NCBI RefSeq assembly: GCF_031769215.1
Contig: NW_026782443.1
Coordinates: forward strand, 620,001 to 684,000
Length of the DNA: 64,000 nucleotides
Direction of reading: 5' to 3'
Origin: Ylistrum balloti
Taxonomy: Eukaryota
The position numbers were made by a program, and so were the translations under genes. The notes beneath the pieces were generated by a model, which searched no databases, had not been told where the DNA came from, and saw nothing but the letters and a program-made list of their open reading frames with translations. Below, in pieces: positions 23,755 through 36,400 of the stretch. Within the stretch, counting starts at the first letter, position 1, and each line of letters begins with the position of its first letter.

Positions 23755-25525
23755 GGAATCAATAACTGTGTATATCTATGGCTGTGATCAGAGACACCGG
23801 GACTTACGAATCAATAACTAGGTATATATGAGTCTAATCTGCGACACAGGGACCTTCTGATCAATAACTACGCATATCAATGGCTGTGATCTGGAACACA
23901 GGGACCTAGGAATAAATATCTAGATATATATGAGTCTGATTAGAGACTCAGGGACCCAGGAATCAACACCTAGGTATATCTTTGGCTGTGATCTGGAACA
24001 CAGGGACCTAGGGATCAATATCTAGATATATAGGAGTCTGATCAGAGACTCGGGGACCCAGGAATCAACACCTAGGTATCTCTTTGGCTGTGGCTTTGAA
24101 TACAGGGACCTAGAAACCAACAAGAGGCCCTTATCGCTCACCTGGATCTTTATGACCTACAGTACTACATCTGTGCATATGTTCCACGTTTAACACATTT
24201 GACTCCTGTGACCTTGATTATGGGTCAAGGTAATTTCTTTTTGCAAACTTTCTGGGACTTCATAAAAGGAACATACTGGCTAAATATAATGATTCTAGGC
24301 TTCTCGATATTTCAGAAGAAATTGTTTAAACGTTTTAACACATTTGACACCTGTGACCTTGCAGATTGGTCAAGGTAATTTCTTTAAGCAAACTTTGTAG
24401 GACACCATAAGAGGAACATAGAAGCCTAATATAATGATTCTAGGCCTTCCGGTATTTGGGGAGAAGTGGTTTAAAGGTTTTAACATATTTGACCTCTGTG
24501 ACCTTGAATATGGGACAAGGTTATTTTTGTTTTTGCAAACTTTGTTAAGCTTCATCAAAGGAACCTTCCAGCCAAATATAATGATTCTAGGCCTTCCAGT
24601 ATTTTGAAAGAAGTCGTTTAAACTCTGTGACCTTGAATATGGGACAAGGTTATTTTTTTTCGCAAACTTTGTTGGGCTTCATCAAAGGAACCTTCCAGCC
24701 AAATATAATGATTCTAGGCTCCCGGTATTTTGAAAGTAGTCGTTTAAAGGTTTTAACATATTTGACCTCTGTGACCTTGAATATGGGTCACGTTCATTTC
24801 TTTTCGCAAACTTTGTTGGGCTTCATCAAAGGAACCTTCCAGTCAAATATGATAACTCTACGCCTTTTGGTATTTCAGAAGAAGTTGTTGAAATGAAAAG
24901 TTGATGGACGCAGGACGGACGGTGAGCTTATAACTGGGTATATCTATGACTGTGGTTTTAAATACAGGGACTTAGAAATCAATAACTGGGTATATCTATG
25001 GTTGTGATCTCAGACACAGGGGCCTAGAAATCAATAACTGGGTATATTTTTTGGTTGTGATCTCAGACACAGGGGCCTACGAATGAACAACTAGGTATAT
25101 CTTTGGCTGTGATCTGAGACAGAGACCTAGAAATCAATAACTGGGTTAATCTATGGTTGTGATCTCAGAAACAGGGGCCTATGAATGAAGAACTAGTTAT
25201 ATCTTTGGCTGTGATCTGAGACACAGAGACCTAGAAATCAATAACTGGGTATATATATGAGTCTGATCTGAGACAGAAGGACCTTGTTATCAATAACTAG
25301 TTAGATCTATGGTTGTGATCTAAGACAGGGGGACCGAGTAATCAATAACTTGGTAAATCTATGGCTGTGATCTAAGACACAGGGACCTAGGAATCAATAA
25401 CTGGGTATATCTATGGCTGTGATCTAAGACACAGGGACCTAGGAATCAATAACTGGGTATATCTATGGCTGTGATCTAAGACACAGGGACCTAGGAATCA
25501 ATAACTGGGTATATCTATGGCTGTA
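23755..25525. repeat. 52-bp tandem repeat interrupted by a Helentron-type element
   Basis: Unit CTATGGCTGTGATCTAAGACACAGGGACCTAGGAATCAATAACTGGGTATAT on both sides of 24119-24930. Confidence 0.9.
24119..24930. mobile_element. Helentron-type non-autonomous element carrying ~5 copies of a ~145-bp internal repeat
   Basis: AACAAGAGGCCC and GGACGGACGGTGAGCTTA ends, no TSD; TGACCTTG-rich monomers; related copy at 48825-49145. Confidence 0.75.
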
Positions 25526-27218
25526 TCTGGTTTCTATTCTAGATTTACCACAGTAGACAAGGATGAATGCTCCTAGGTAAATATTGTGATCATTTAGACA
25601 TTAGGAGAGGTGTAAACTTATTTGTTTAGCTGACTGATGATCAGGTCCATGTATCATCAACATTAAAATCTACTGACCTCTGCTGCTCACCCCTATAGAC
25701 ATAAGATAAATGCTAAATTATTTACATTTTTATTGAAAATTACCATGATGTATCTGTCTATGTAAAATGTTAAAATGGCAAAACAAGAAATTAAAAACAT
25801 ATATATTCATCTGTTAATGAATGTAGACTGGTCCTCAAGCTGATAATACATACAGACATATATATGAAATAGTGAATAAAACATCAACTTTGTCAAGCCT
25901 AGTCAACTTACAACCATGTATATCTTAAATCCTATATCAACCATTATCTATAGAAATGATTTGTCAGACAGATGATGCTAGTCTAAATAAAGTATTTATA
26001 TTTCAATTAATCACTCACTTTTATCCTACACAAAAGTATATGATTTCATAAACAGTCTGAAAATAAAGAGAAGTTCTTGATAAACCTGAAATGATACAAA
26101 TTTCATATGTACAGGATTTGAGATCAAGATTAAAGTAATGGGTGTTTGTACTATTATGTCTTTCTGTTGTATCCATGTACTTTTTCTCTTCATTATGATA
26201 AATTTCCTTTTAAGCAAGACAGTGATATGAGTAATGATTTGACAAATCGGCGTAAATTTTGTTAAATTGTTGAATGATTATATAATGCTAATTTCACACA
26301 GAATATTTCATCATCAATGTGAAAATAACTACATTCAAATTGATTCATGCCATCCAGTCAGCTCAGCAATATAATTAAGTTTATTTCAATAACTAACATC
26401 AATACGAATCCCCATAAGGTAGTAGATATATACAACCTTAAGGAAAAAGAATAAAAATTACAACTAATATTGGCTTCTAACACAGGATTGCAACGACGGT
26501 ATCAAAATTCTTCTCAAAAAACAAAATTCATGAAAAAAAATCTGTTTTAAAACAACAATCAACGAAATTCTGTCACAACCAAGAGTAAAATGTGTAACAA
26601 TTTAACAAATAAAAAGTTTACATAAAAGTTGATATTCTCCATGCTTAGTCACTCAACAATAAAATACAGCCAGACTAGGATATTTGACCCTGGTCTGATC
26701 AATAAACTTGAGGTGTGTATTATTTCAGTATTCTAGACAGAATTTTCAATGATATACAGTAGAGGAAGATTTTCAGGATTGCTGTATAAAAACAAGCAAA
26801 AAGAGAAAAAAATACTAAAATTACATTATATGTAAATTTCAAATTTGTATTATATTAGTCTAACACTACAAACATGTATGAAATGTACACCTTGTAGTTA
26901 AAATATTGCTAATTATTGTTCTGTTTAGACTGACTTAAGATATTCTGTCCAGTAAGCAGAAATAACATGTATTATCACAGTCAGTCTGCTTAAAAGCTAA
27001 TGGTTGATGTATCTATAAGCAAAACAGATTTTTATCTTTTTATCTATTTAAGCTCCAATTTATATTTGAAGACCAGCTCCAACTCAAAATTGGATTTATT
27101 GCTGTAGCTGTTTTCAAAGTTAGATATATTAATGCAGGTTGGTAACTGATGTGAAGTGAAATGAGGTCACCTACTGTGAACGAATTCAGTTTTCCCTAGG
27201 TACTCTTGTTTACTCTTA

Positions 27219-27403
27219 TATTAAGACCCAAATACAATTTCATCCAAGCCAACAAGAATAATCAATACCAGGGTAGAATCACTTGTTTTGTAAGTGTTGT
27301 AAAACCAATCAAGTTTGTTAAACTCATTATATTAAGACCCAAATACAATTTCATCCAAGCCAACAAGAATAATCAATACCAGGGTAGAATCACTTGTTTT
27401 GTA
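27219..27403. repeat. 111-bp-period tandem duplication
   Basis: TTAAGACCCAAATACAATTTC...TTGTAAG at 27221 and 27332. Confidence 0.9.
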
Positions 27404-28160
27404 AGACCAAGGATTAGTCCAAGGATCAGACCAAGGATAAGTCCAAGGATCAGACCAAGGAACATTCCAAGGATCAGACCAAGGATTAGTCCAAGGATCA
27501 GACCAAGGATTAGTCCAAGGATCAGACCAAGGAACAGCCCAAGGAACAGTCCAAGGATCAGACCAAGGAACATTCCAAGGATCAGACCAAGGAACATTCC
27601 AAGGATCAGACCAAGGATTAGTCCAAGGATCAGAGTCCAAGGAACAGCCCAAGGATCAGACCAAGGATAAGTCCAAGGATCAGACCAAGGAACATTCCAA
27701 GGATCAGACCAAGGAACATTCCAAGGATCAGACCAAGGAACAGCCCATGGATCAGACCAAGGAACAGTCCAAGGATCAGACCAAGGAACATTCCAAGGAT
27801 CAGACCAAGGAACAGTCCAAGGATCAGACCAAGGATAAGACCAAGGAACATTCCAAGGATTAGTCCAAGGATCAGACCAAGGAACAGCCCAAGGAACAGT
27901 CCAAGGAACAGCCCAAGGATCAGTCCAAGGATCAGACCAAGGAACATTCCAAGGATCAGACCAAGGAATATTCCAAGGATCAGACCAAGGAATATTCCAA
28001 GGATCAGACCAAGGAACATTCCAAGGATCAGACCAAGGGTTAGTCCAAGGATCAGACCAAGGGTTAGTCCAAGGACCAGACCAAGGATCAGTGCGACAAT
28101 TAGTCTAAGGATCAGTCTGATTATCAGTCCTAGGTTCAGTTAAGGTTCAGTGAAGGATCA
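27404..28160. repeat. 12-bp minisatellite (CCAAGG + variable hexamer), ~60 copies
   Basis: CCAAGGATCAGA / ATTAGT / AACATT / AACAGC variants; decays rightward. Confidence 0.97.
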
Positions 28161-30286
28161 GTCCAATGTGTAACAACTATATAACACTACTGACTACTAT
28201 GACTAGGTCCAGCGTCTCTACTGAGATTCTAAAATATACAAATAAACAGCATGTTCCGTTATATTCCCTAAAAATATATATATATATCTGCACAACATGT
28301 TTCAATGGCAAATTGACATGATGTCTATACGTTCCTCATGTATAAAATTATGTACAAATTAATGACCTGTAACAAAGTGTATGAAGCATCTTCATGCAAT
28401 ACTGTATCTCTGAGACTTAATTTGTGAGGATTTCAATAGCATGTGTTTCAAAGGGTAGAGATACAAACAAGTGATACTTTTATTCACAATCTTACACAAC
28501 CTCTGAAAATACTTCTAAGTTTGCCCTTTTTAATGTTAAAAAAAAATGCGGCTTTGCCAAAAATTTGAACATATAGGAACTCACTTCAAGTAAAATTATA
28601 AAATGAATTGTGATTTTTCAGACTGATCTTATTTTTTCTAAAATCTGTATTTTTCCACTTTATATCTATCCAAAATTAGTGAGATAATGATCTCCATTTA
28701 CATCCAAAAGCCTATGATAAATTTACAGTACAGATATATTAAAAGTTGATACAGGATTTCTGACCGATTTCTAACCAACATGTTTCCATTTCTAGTGCCA
28801 CCAATGTGTACATGTCTGGATCTGGTTACATATCCTATATATAGCACTTTTTAATTGTCAACCATATCAATTATATAATAAATCTATTTCACCGAATATG
28901 AAAATATTTCAAATATAAATTGAAAAAAAATCATGGAAATACACTTGATATGGACGTAGCCTAAAATCAAGTAAAGGAGAAAAACTTTTGTGTATGTATA
29001 TTGCTGATGGAAATGATTTTCACTTTGAGTGAAGGGAAAAATGCTAAAAAAAAAACCACCAAAATTATGTCATACTCAAATCTATCAAAAAATAAATGCT
29101 GCAGAAATATCTTTGACCATCTAAGTACATTATATTGAGGAGCGAGATATCTAGTAAACATCGCAGGTTTCCTAGTGATATGATTTAGTGATATGTGGTC
29201 AGATCCCAGGTGTATTTACCTATATTCAATCTTACAATTCATAAATTCCAGACGAAAATTTAAAATATTTCCATGAATTTGATATCATAGTGATATTACT
29301 GGACAAAACAGGAGTAAGACTTTTCATTAATCCTTTTTCATTCAGATTCAAATTCAGGAAAATATATATTCATTTAAGCACAACTTGAAGTCAAAGTATT
29401 AAAAATCCATGATTTACAGTTTTGTGCCATCACAAATGAACAAGAAAATCTGATGGGTCACTAGATATAAAGTTACTAACTTAAAATTTTACGGTTTTCC
29501 TCAGAAGGTTTATTCTCAACTTTTTACCAATCAATGGCATAAAACCGTAAATCAAATTTATCAAAATAAAATCTAATTAAAATTAGACATGCAGTAATTT
29601 AATTAGATTGATCAAAATTAGACCCCGTGATGGACAAGCACTATGCAGCATTTAAGACATAATAAACTTAAATTCTGCACAGTAATGGCAGTATACGATA
29701 TGATGAAAGTAGATAAACAACATAACAACACTTACCCATGTGACAACAGAAGCAAGGTCAGAAAGATGTCACATGCAGATGGTGGGCACATCAACATGAA
29801 TGGAGATAATATTAATTTAACAGGCAGTTATGTATTATAATCTGTGAATACTTTCATGCATATTCAATATAATTCTCTATTACTGATAACACACAACCAT
29901 TTCCTGCTGTTGGCATCATAGTCACATGATCATCAACACAAATTCCAATCCACAACCTTGTTGATACATCTTGCCACAGTGTCAGATCCCAAACAAAATT
30001 TTGTACTCATCTTTCAAAACTGTCACAGTGGCAGATCTCAGACAAAATTTTATACTCATCTTTCAAAATTGTCCTTTCATTGTGGCTTTTCCAAGACAAA
30101 GTTTTATACTTGTCTTTCAAAACATTGATACATCTGAAAACATCAGATCAGCAAACAACTGACCACAACATCCCATCTTAACAAATAATCCACTCAATAT
30201 CTTCAGAGAACTCCTGAAATTTCCACATTCATAAGTCATTCAAGCTTAAACAATTTGCGTCTCAAGTCCAAGATTTAGTAAAGCTA

Positions 30287-30457
30287 TTAGCACGCGCTGT
30301 CAATATTTAGTTCTGAAAATTCGCTTAGTTCCTTCACAGGTTCAATTTTCTTCTTTGGTGCACTCTTGCGTATTTTGCCGCGAATGTCACGTGGATTTTC
30401 TTTCATGACCAATGGTTTCTTCTCTGGTGCTTTCATCTTCCACATAACCACGGAACT
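30287..30457 (-). CDS. CTNNA: alpha-catenin terminal exon (SSVVMWKMKAPEKK...DSAC*)
   Basis: ttacag acceptor, TAA stop. Confidence 0.96.
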   Translation of the reverse strand, partial: SSVVMWKMKAPEKKPLVMKENPRDIRGKIRKSAPKKKIEPVKELSEFSELNIDSAC

Positions 30458-33400
30458 CTGTAAAAGATATTGATTATAATAACAAGACAAGTACCAATGG
30501 ATAAATGCAAATCCAAAAAAGGCTAATTGTGCGAAAATTTTAGTATGAAAAAAAAACCAAGGGCAATAACTCCTAAATATTGCAAAAGAAAGTTATGATT
30601 CTTGTACAATACACTTTTCTTTATCAATCTATAAAGTTTCATGTTTATAGCTCATATACAATATACAAGATCATGATGGAAAGAGAGACCAACCGGTAGA
30701 CAAAATGGCGACTATATGCCCTCCTTCACAGAGCATAAAAATATGATCTAGTACAAAGGACCAACTTTGTTTAAATTATCTAACACTAACATTGAAAAGA
30801 AATTCCATTAGATAACAAATGATGGTTTTGTAAAATAAAGATAACTTTTCAAAGCATGATTTCATCAGGATATTTATTTTCCTGGCACAAAATTTACATT
30901 AATTCAAATGATTCCATGACCTGGTGTGCCAGCTCCATTAGTTATTAAATATGTCCAATAAAGTATGTGCTAAATAACTCACCTTTGATCCAGCCATCTT
31001 GTACTGAAAAGTTAATTAAAAGATCATAAGAATACAGGTAATCAAATGAAAATTGTTTAAAAAGATGATCATTTGCTATTCAACAAAACTTAACACTAAC
31101 ACGACAGTAAAATAAGATGAATTTCTGTTCATCTCGGATATTTCTGTCCAATATAGCAATATCATAGTTTATCTTTGATGCTTTGAGTTTACTTGGCACC
31201 AATTTACAACAACAGGGCTAGAAAAAAAATATTTTCAGCTACTCGTCTGTCGGGCAAGTGAAACTTGAAATGCACTTGCCTGAATTCAATATTCACTCAC
31301 CCGAAGAAAAAAGGCAACAAAACATAATTTATTATCAAATTTTATTATCAATTTCTATATTAAATGTTTAAACTCAACACTTGCTTTTAATGTTTTACTC
31401 ATTTCTGATTCACTGTTAACACGAGCAAGAACATCAACTTTTTGAAAGTATCTATGTACAAAAAACAACCTTCTTTACAACATTTGTGGTGACGCAATAG
31501 GTTTCCGCGTAGTCTGGATCAGCCCGAATCTTGACACATGGTGTAAACAAGGATACTACATCGATGCATTTGATCGACTATCAGTGAATTTCAATTAGTT
31601 TTAAGAGTGATTAAGTTGATAAACGTCATTTATTATGGAATATTCAATAGTCAGAACTACAAATTTCACTCGCCTGCAGGACAAGAAGCTGAAACAAATC
31701 ACTCGTCTAGATGAGCGAACGAGTGGATTTTTCTAACCCTGCATCAACTTCAAAATAATTTTTTATCAGTTTGAACTGGGATACTCAGCTATATGATGAA
31801 TTTGTGTGAATAACTAAGTGTTCCTCTCATTGTTCCAAACATCACAGAGTTACATCCCCTTTCTGTTACACAATCATCAATCAGAATCACATCAGGAATT
31901 AATTAAACTTCAAGTAACACCAGCATACCATCAAACTTGTTTATTAGCCTTTTCAATACTGAAACTTTTAACTTTAATTCTTTTTTTAATTTAGATACAA
32001 ATTTCTGATTTTGGACCCAAAAAATCAACAGCTTGATTCTTACCTTGGTGGAGGCTACATAGCAGGCCTTCACTGTCAGTACAACGGCATTCATCAGGTT
32101 CTTGGCTGCCTGGATCAGAGATGTCGCACTGTCCAACTGAAAGTAAAAACATTGATCATAAACATTAACTCAAAACAAAGAAAATAACATCATATGTTGC
32201 TAAATTCTTCGTTACGAAAATAATAAAAATGACGTTAATTGGTAGAAATATCAATAAGAATAACAACTGAACGATGTTTGTACGACTGTATAGCTAGTTA
32301 TACACCTTGTAACTAAAAGACAATGTTTATACAACATTTAGCACCCGACTCGCTATACACTGTATAGCTAGTTATACAACATGTAACTAGAAGACAATGT
32401 TTATACAACATTTAGCACCCGACTCCCTATACACTGTATAGCTAGTTATACAACATGTAACTAGAAGACAATGTTTATACAACATTTAGCACCCGACTCC
32501 CTATACACTGTATAGCTAGTTATACAACATGTAACTAGAAGACAATGTTTATACAACATTAAGCACCCGACTCCCTATACACTGTATAGCTAGTTATACA
32601 ACATGTAACTAGAAGACAATGTTTATACAACATTTAGCACCCGACTCCCTATACACTGTATAGCTAGTTAAACAAAGTGTAACTAGAACATGATGTTTGT
32701 ATGACATTAAGCATCTCACTCATTATATACTGTATAGCTAGTTATATATTAATTTTTTAGCATCTAATTCTCTCGTTTTAAAGGAATATCGTTAAGAAAA
32801 AAATAGTCACTTGCTATAATAACCAATACTAGCTGAGATAACATTTTACATGTGAAATGTAACCAAAAATGTGATGGACATACATGGTGCATACTGACAT
32901 GTGACAGACAAACCAGTAGTTACTGACAGTACTCCTATGTAACTCTATTCTACTGCATTATGCAAGAACATGCTTACAACAAATAATTTACTAAGATTTT
33001 ACATGATAAACTTTTCAAAATGGCTGAAATGATGACTGACTTACCTCAGACCTAATGACCCCCATTTACCCAAGACAATGACACCTGACTTATCCCAGAT
33101 ACAATGACACCGGACTTACCCCAGATACAATGACACCGGACTTACCCCTGATACAATGAGCTCTCCGCTGACACTCTGGACGTCGGCTTTGACCTTGCTG
33201 GTAATATTAAGCTGGTGACAGTATAAGGCGATCCTCTGGAGGTACGCCAACAGGTCCTTTTTGGATGCTGAGTCAGGACACTATTACATAGATATTCAGA
33301 TTTAGCAACTTAATGATTTATCAGAATAGTGTATTCAGAGGGAACCCTGGGATTGATTCAGTACACACTGGGCATAAATCGCTTCTAAAGTCAAGATGAA

Positions 33401-36400
33401 AATTCATGAAAATTGAACGATTTGTATCTGCAATGTAACTTCCAAGGAAATCATCAAAATGATATCCCCCACTCCACCTATATGGACCCCCATTTCATCT
33501 TATCACTTGAGGTGGTTGTTGTGGGGGTGGGAAAGGGGGAGTTATTATTATTAAATAGATGGTTTAATCCTTCAGTTTATATGAAAGCAAAGCATATAGA
33601 TATAACATCCTCATATATCTGATATCTTCTGGTATATAATACATATCAGCAATGACTTATTCCATATAATGAAAATTTCAACAGGAATAAATATAGAATT
33701 TTATATTTCTGAGCTCTGTATAAAAACATTAAATTCCGGTTATATAGTGTAATGAAGAAATACATAATACTTTCACATATATAAGTAATTCTGTTACAAT
33801 CATTGTCCTAACAGCAATTAGTTCCAGCACATCATTCTAAGAAGAGGCCCATGGGCCTTAATGATCATCTGACTACAAAAACTTTCAGCAGGGAGAAGGG
33901 TTATCTTTACAACTAAGAATGAAACCTTACTAAGAAGCTGTTTTCCATGATGCAGATGGTTGTTTTGATGAGGAGTAGGTAACTGTAACAAGTGTTACCT
34001 ATTTCTGACAGTAAAATTTCAGCTCAATCAACATTCAAACATACCCGAAAAATAACAACACTTGGTCAAGACAATCTCAGGATCATTTCAGACAAGTTGG
34101 AGCTCAATCCAACTGGTGGAACTTGAGAAGTTTTAAATAGGTGATGCTTAGGAAAACCATGATTGCACAATCATGTTACAACTTGGCCTCCCTGGCTGCT
34201 GTATCACAGTTTTGACAAGGTCGAAAAATAACAACACTTAGTGGCTACCTTTCCTTATCATTCCCACCAATTTTTAGCTCAATGGCATCAGTGGAACAGG
34301 AGAAGTTTAAAATATGTTTTTCAAGATGGAGGCTATCTTGGATTTCAGACATACCCAAAAAATAACAACACTTGGTCAATCAAGACCATCTCAGGATCAT
34401 TTCAAGCAAGTTGGAACTCAATCCTACTAGTGGAACTTAAGAAGAACTTAGGACAATGACTGACGAAGTTATAAAAATTCTAAAGTCACAATATTGAACA
34501 TAATTATTCAGGGTTTGCTAGTTTCTTTCTTAAATTGAAATCTCAATCCTATTAATGATTGAATCAAAGCCACAGTTTGCTTCATCTGACTAAGAATGTC
34601 GAGTATCAAATGACGAGTTAAGGAAGACCAAATGGCTGTACAATGACCACGAATACTGTTTAACTGTTACTGCTTAAAATAAAACCAATATTGGTAAAGA
34701 AGACTGGTATACACCAATACTGTAGTAAAGCTTAATGATTCAAAACTAAAGAGACTGTTATAAATCTAATATTGTTCTGCTCTTATTCTGTCAAAAAGTC
34801 TCCTGACTGTGTTATTGCAGTCTTGGCTCCTATGATATGATCATGATACTTACATCGGCATACAGCTAAAATTCAGACCGTGAATCACCATTAGTATTAC
34901 ATAAATGACTTGTACAGGATTGTACAAAGGTAATTCAACAGTTAGATGTACATTAGTAACATCACCTGTGTTTTTGTGGTACGAGTCAGACCTCAAGTTG
35001 ACAGCTTACCATTCTGGTGTTTTACCCACACCTAAAAGGAACTCTCAGCAAGATCAGATAAAAAAGGAAAAACAAAGTTGCAGTAAGTGATAATTACAAA
35101 CTACATAACAGGATGATTATAAATAAGGATTTTGACTTGATGAAATCATCCTCCAATACAGTACTATTTTCTGACATGTGTACCTACCTGATCAGCGATA
35201 GATCCAGCAAGTTTGTCAAGACCAGTTCCAGCCTCCGAGATTTTCTTGGCAGCGTTGATGACATGCATGGTACTCTTCAGTGGTCCTCGTCCCCTGTAAA
35301 ACAAAACACAGTGATGAAAGTTGTTTACTCATAGGACGCTTTAACACCAATGTAACCACACTTGGTCTCAGATACTTGGGTGAAAGACTTTTATAGGTAA
35401 GAAGCCAAGTAAAGATTTTTTAAACTAGCATTTTTAATTTTTTGTGTAGCCTAATTTTTTTCACAAATCAAAGACTTAAACACAACATCTGCTCTAATTC
35501 AACATCTGCTGTAACTCAAAACCTTCTGTAACTCAACACCTTCTGTAACTCAACATCTGCTATAACTCAACATCTGCAGTATCTCAACTTCTCTTTTAAC
35601 TCAACATCTGCTTAAACACACCATCTGTTACAACTCAACACCTGCTGTAATTCGGCATCGGCTTTACCTTGACATCTGCTGTAATTAAGTAAGATGCATC
35701 TCCTGCTACTAAACATCTGCTGTAACTCAACATTTGCTGTAACCCAATATGTCCTGTAACTCAACATCTTTACCTCGACATCTGCTGTAATTAAGTAAGA
35801 TGCATCTCCTGCTACTAAACATCTGCTACAATGCTGTAACACATTTCCTATACGACAGCTGTCCACCTACCTGGTGAAGTCTGTCATCTCCATCATAATC
35901 ATACACATCTCTTTTGCCATGACAATGATATCATTGCCACTGTCATCCCACTTAGCCACCTCGTAGTCAAGCTTGCGACGTTCAACTTGGAACTCCTGAA
36001 CATGCTGTTGGATTTTCTCCTTAGCATCCTCCGGCAGATGACGCATCATCCATCGTTCATTGTTCTGGTCGTCCTGCTCAGTCTTGTAACTCGCTACAAT
36101 AGACAAGGTCATAGCTGACAACAATCTACATGAGCTTCAAAGTTACTTTTACATTCTTTGGTTTACAATATAACAACCATCTCCCCTACAATAAACCTAT
36201 AGCTGCTTATAGGACCACACTTATAAACAACTATTTGACAATAAAATGTTACTTCCAGCATAAGTCCACCCCCTGAATCAGACTTTTTAAGTCCCTGGAG
36301 AAAAATATCAACATCATACCGTTTAGCCAGTTATTTTCACAGGCAAAATTGTACAAAGAAATTTTGTGATGTGGCATTTACTAGAAATAAAATTTTCCCA

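Noticed and set aside
27206-28019. Repeat ORFs (PRIR, LGLI, PWSD) as genes
   Set aside because: Automatic consequence of a stop-free 12-bp unit; no unique domain or splice context.
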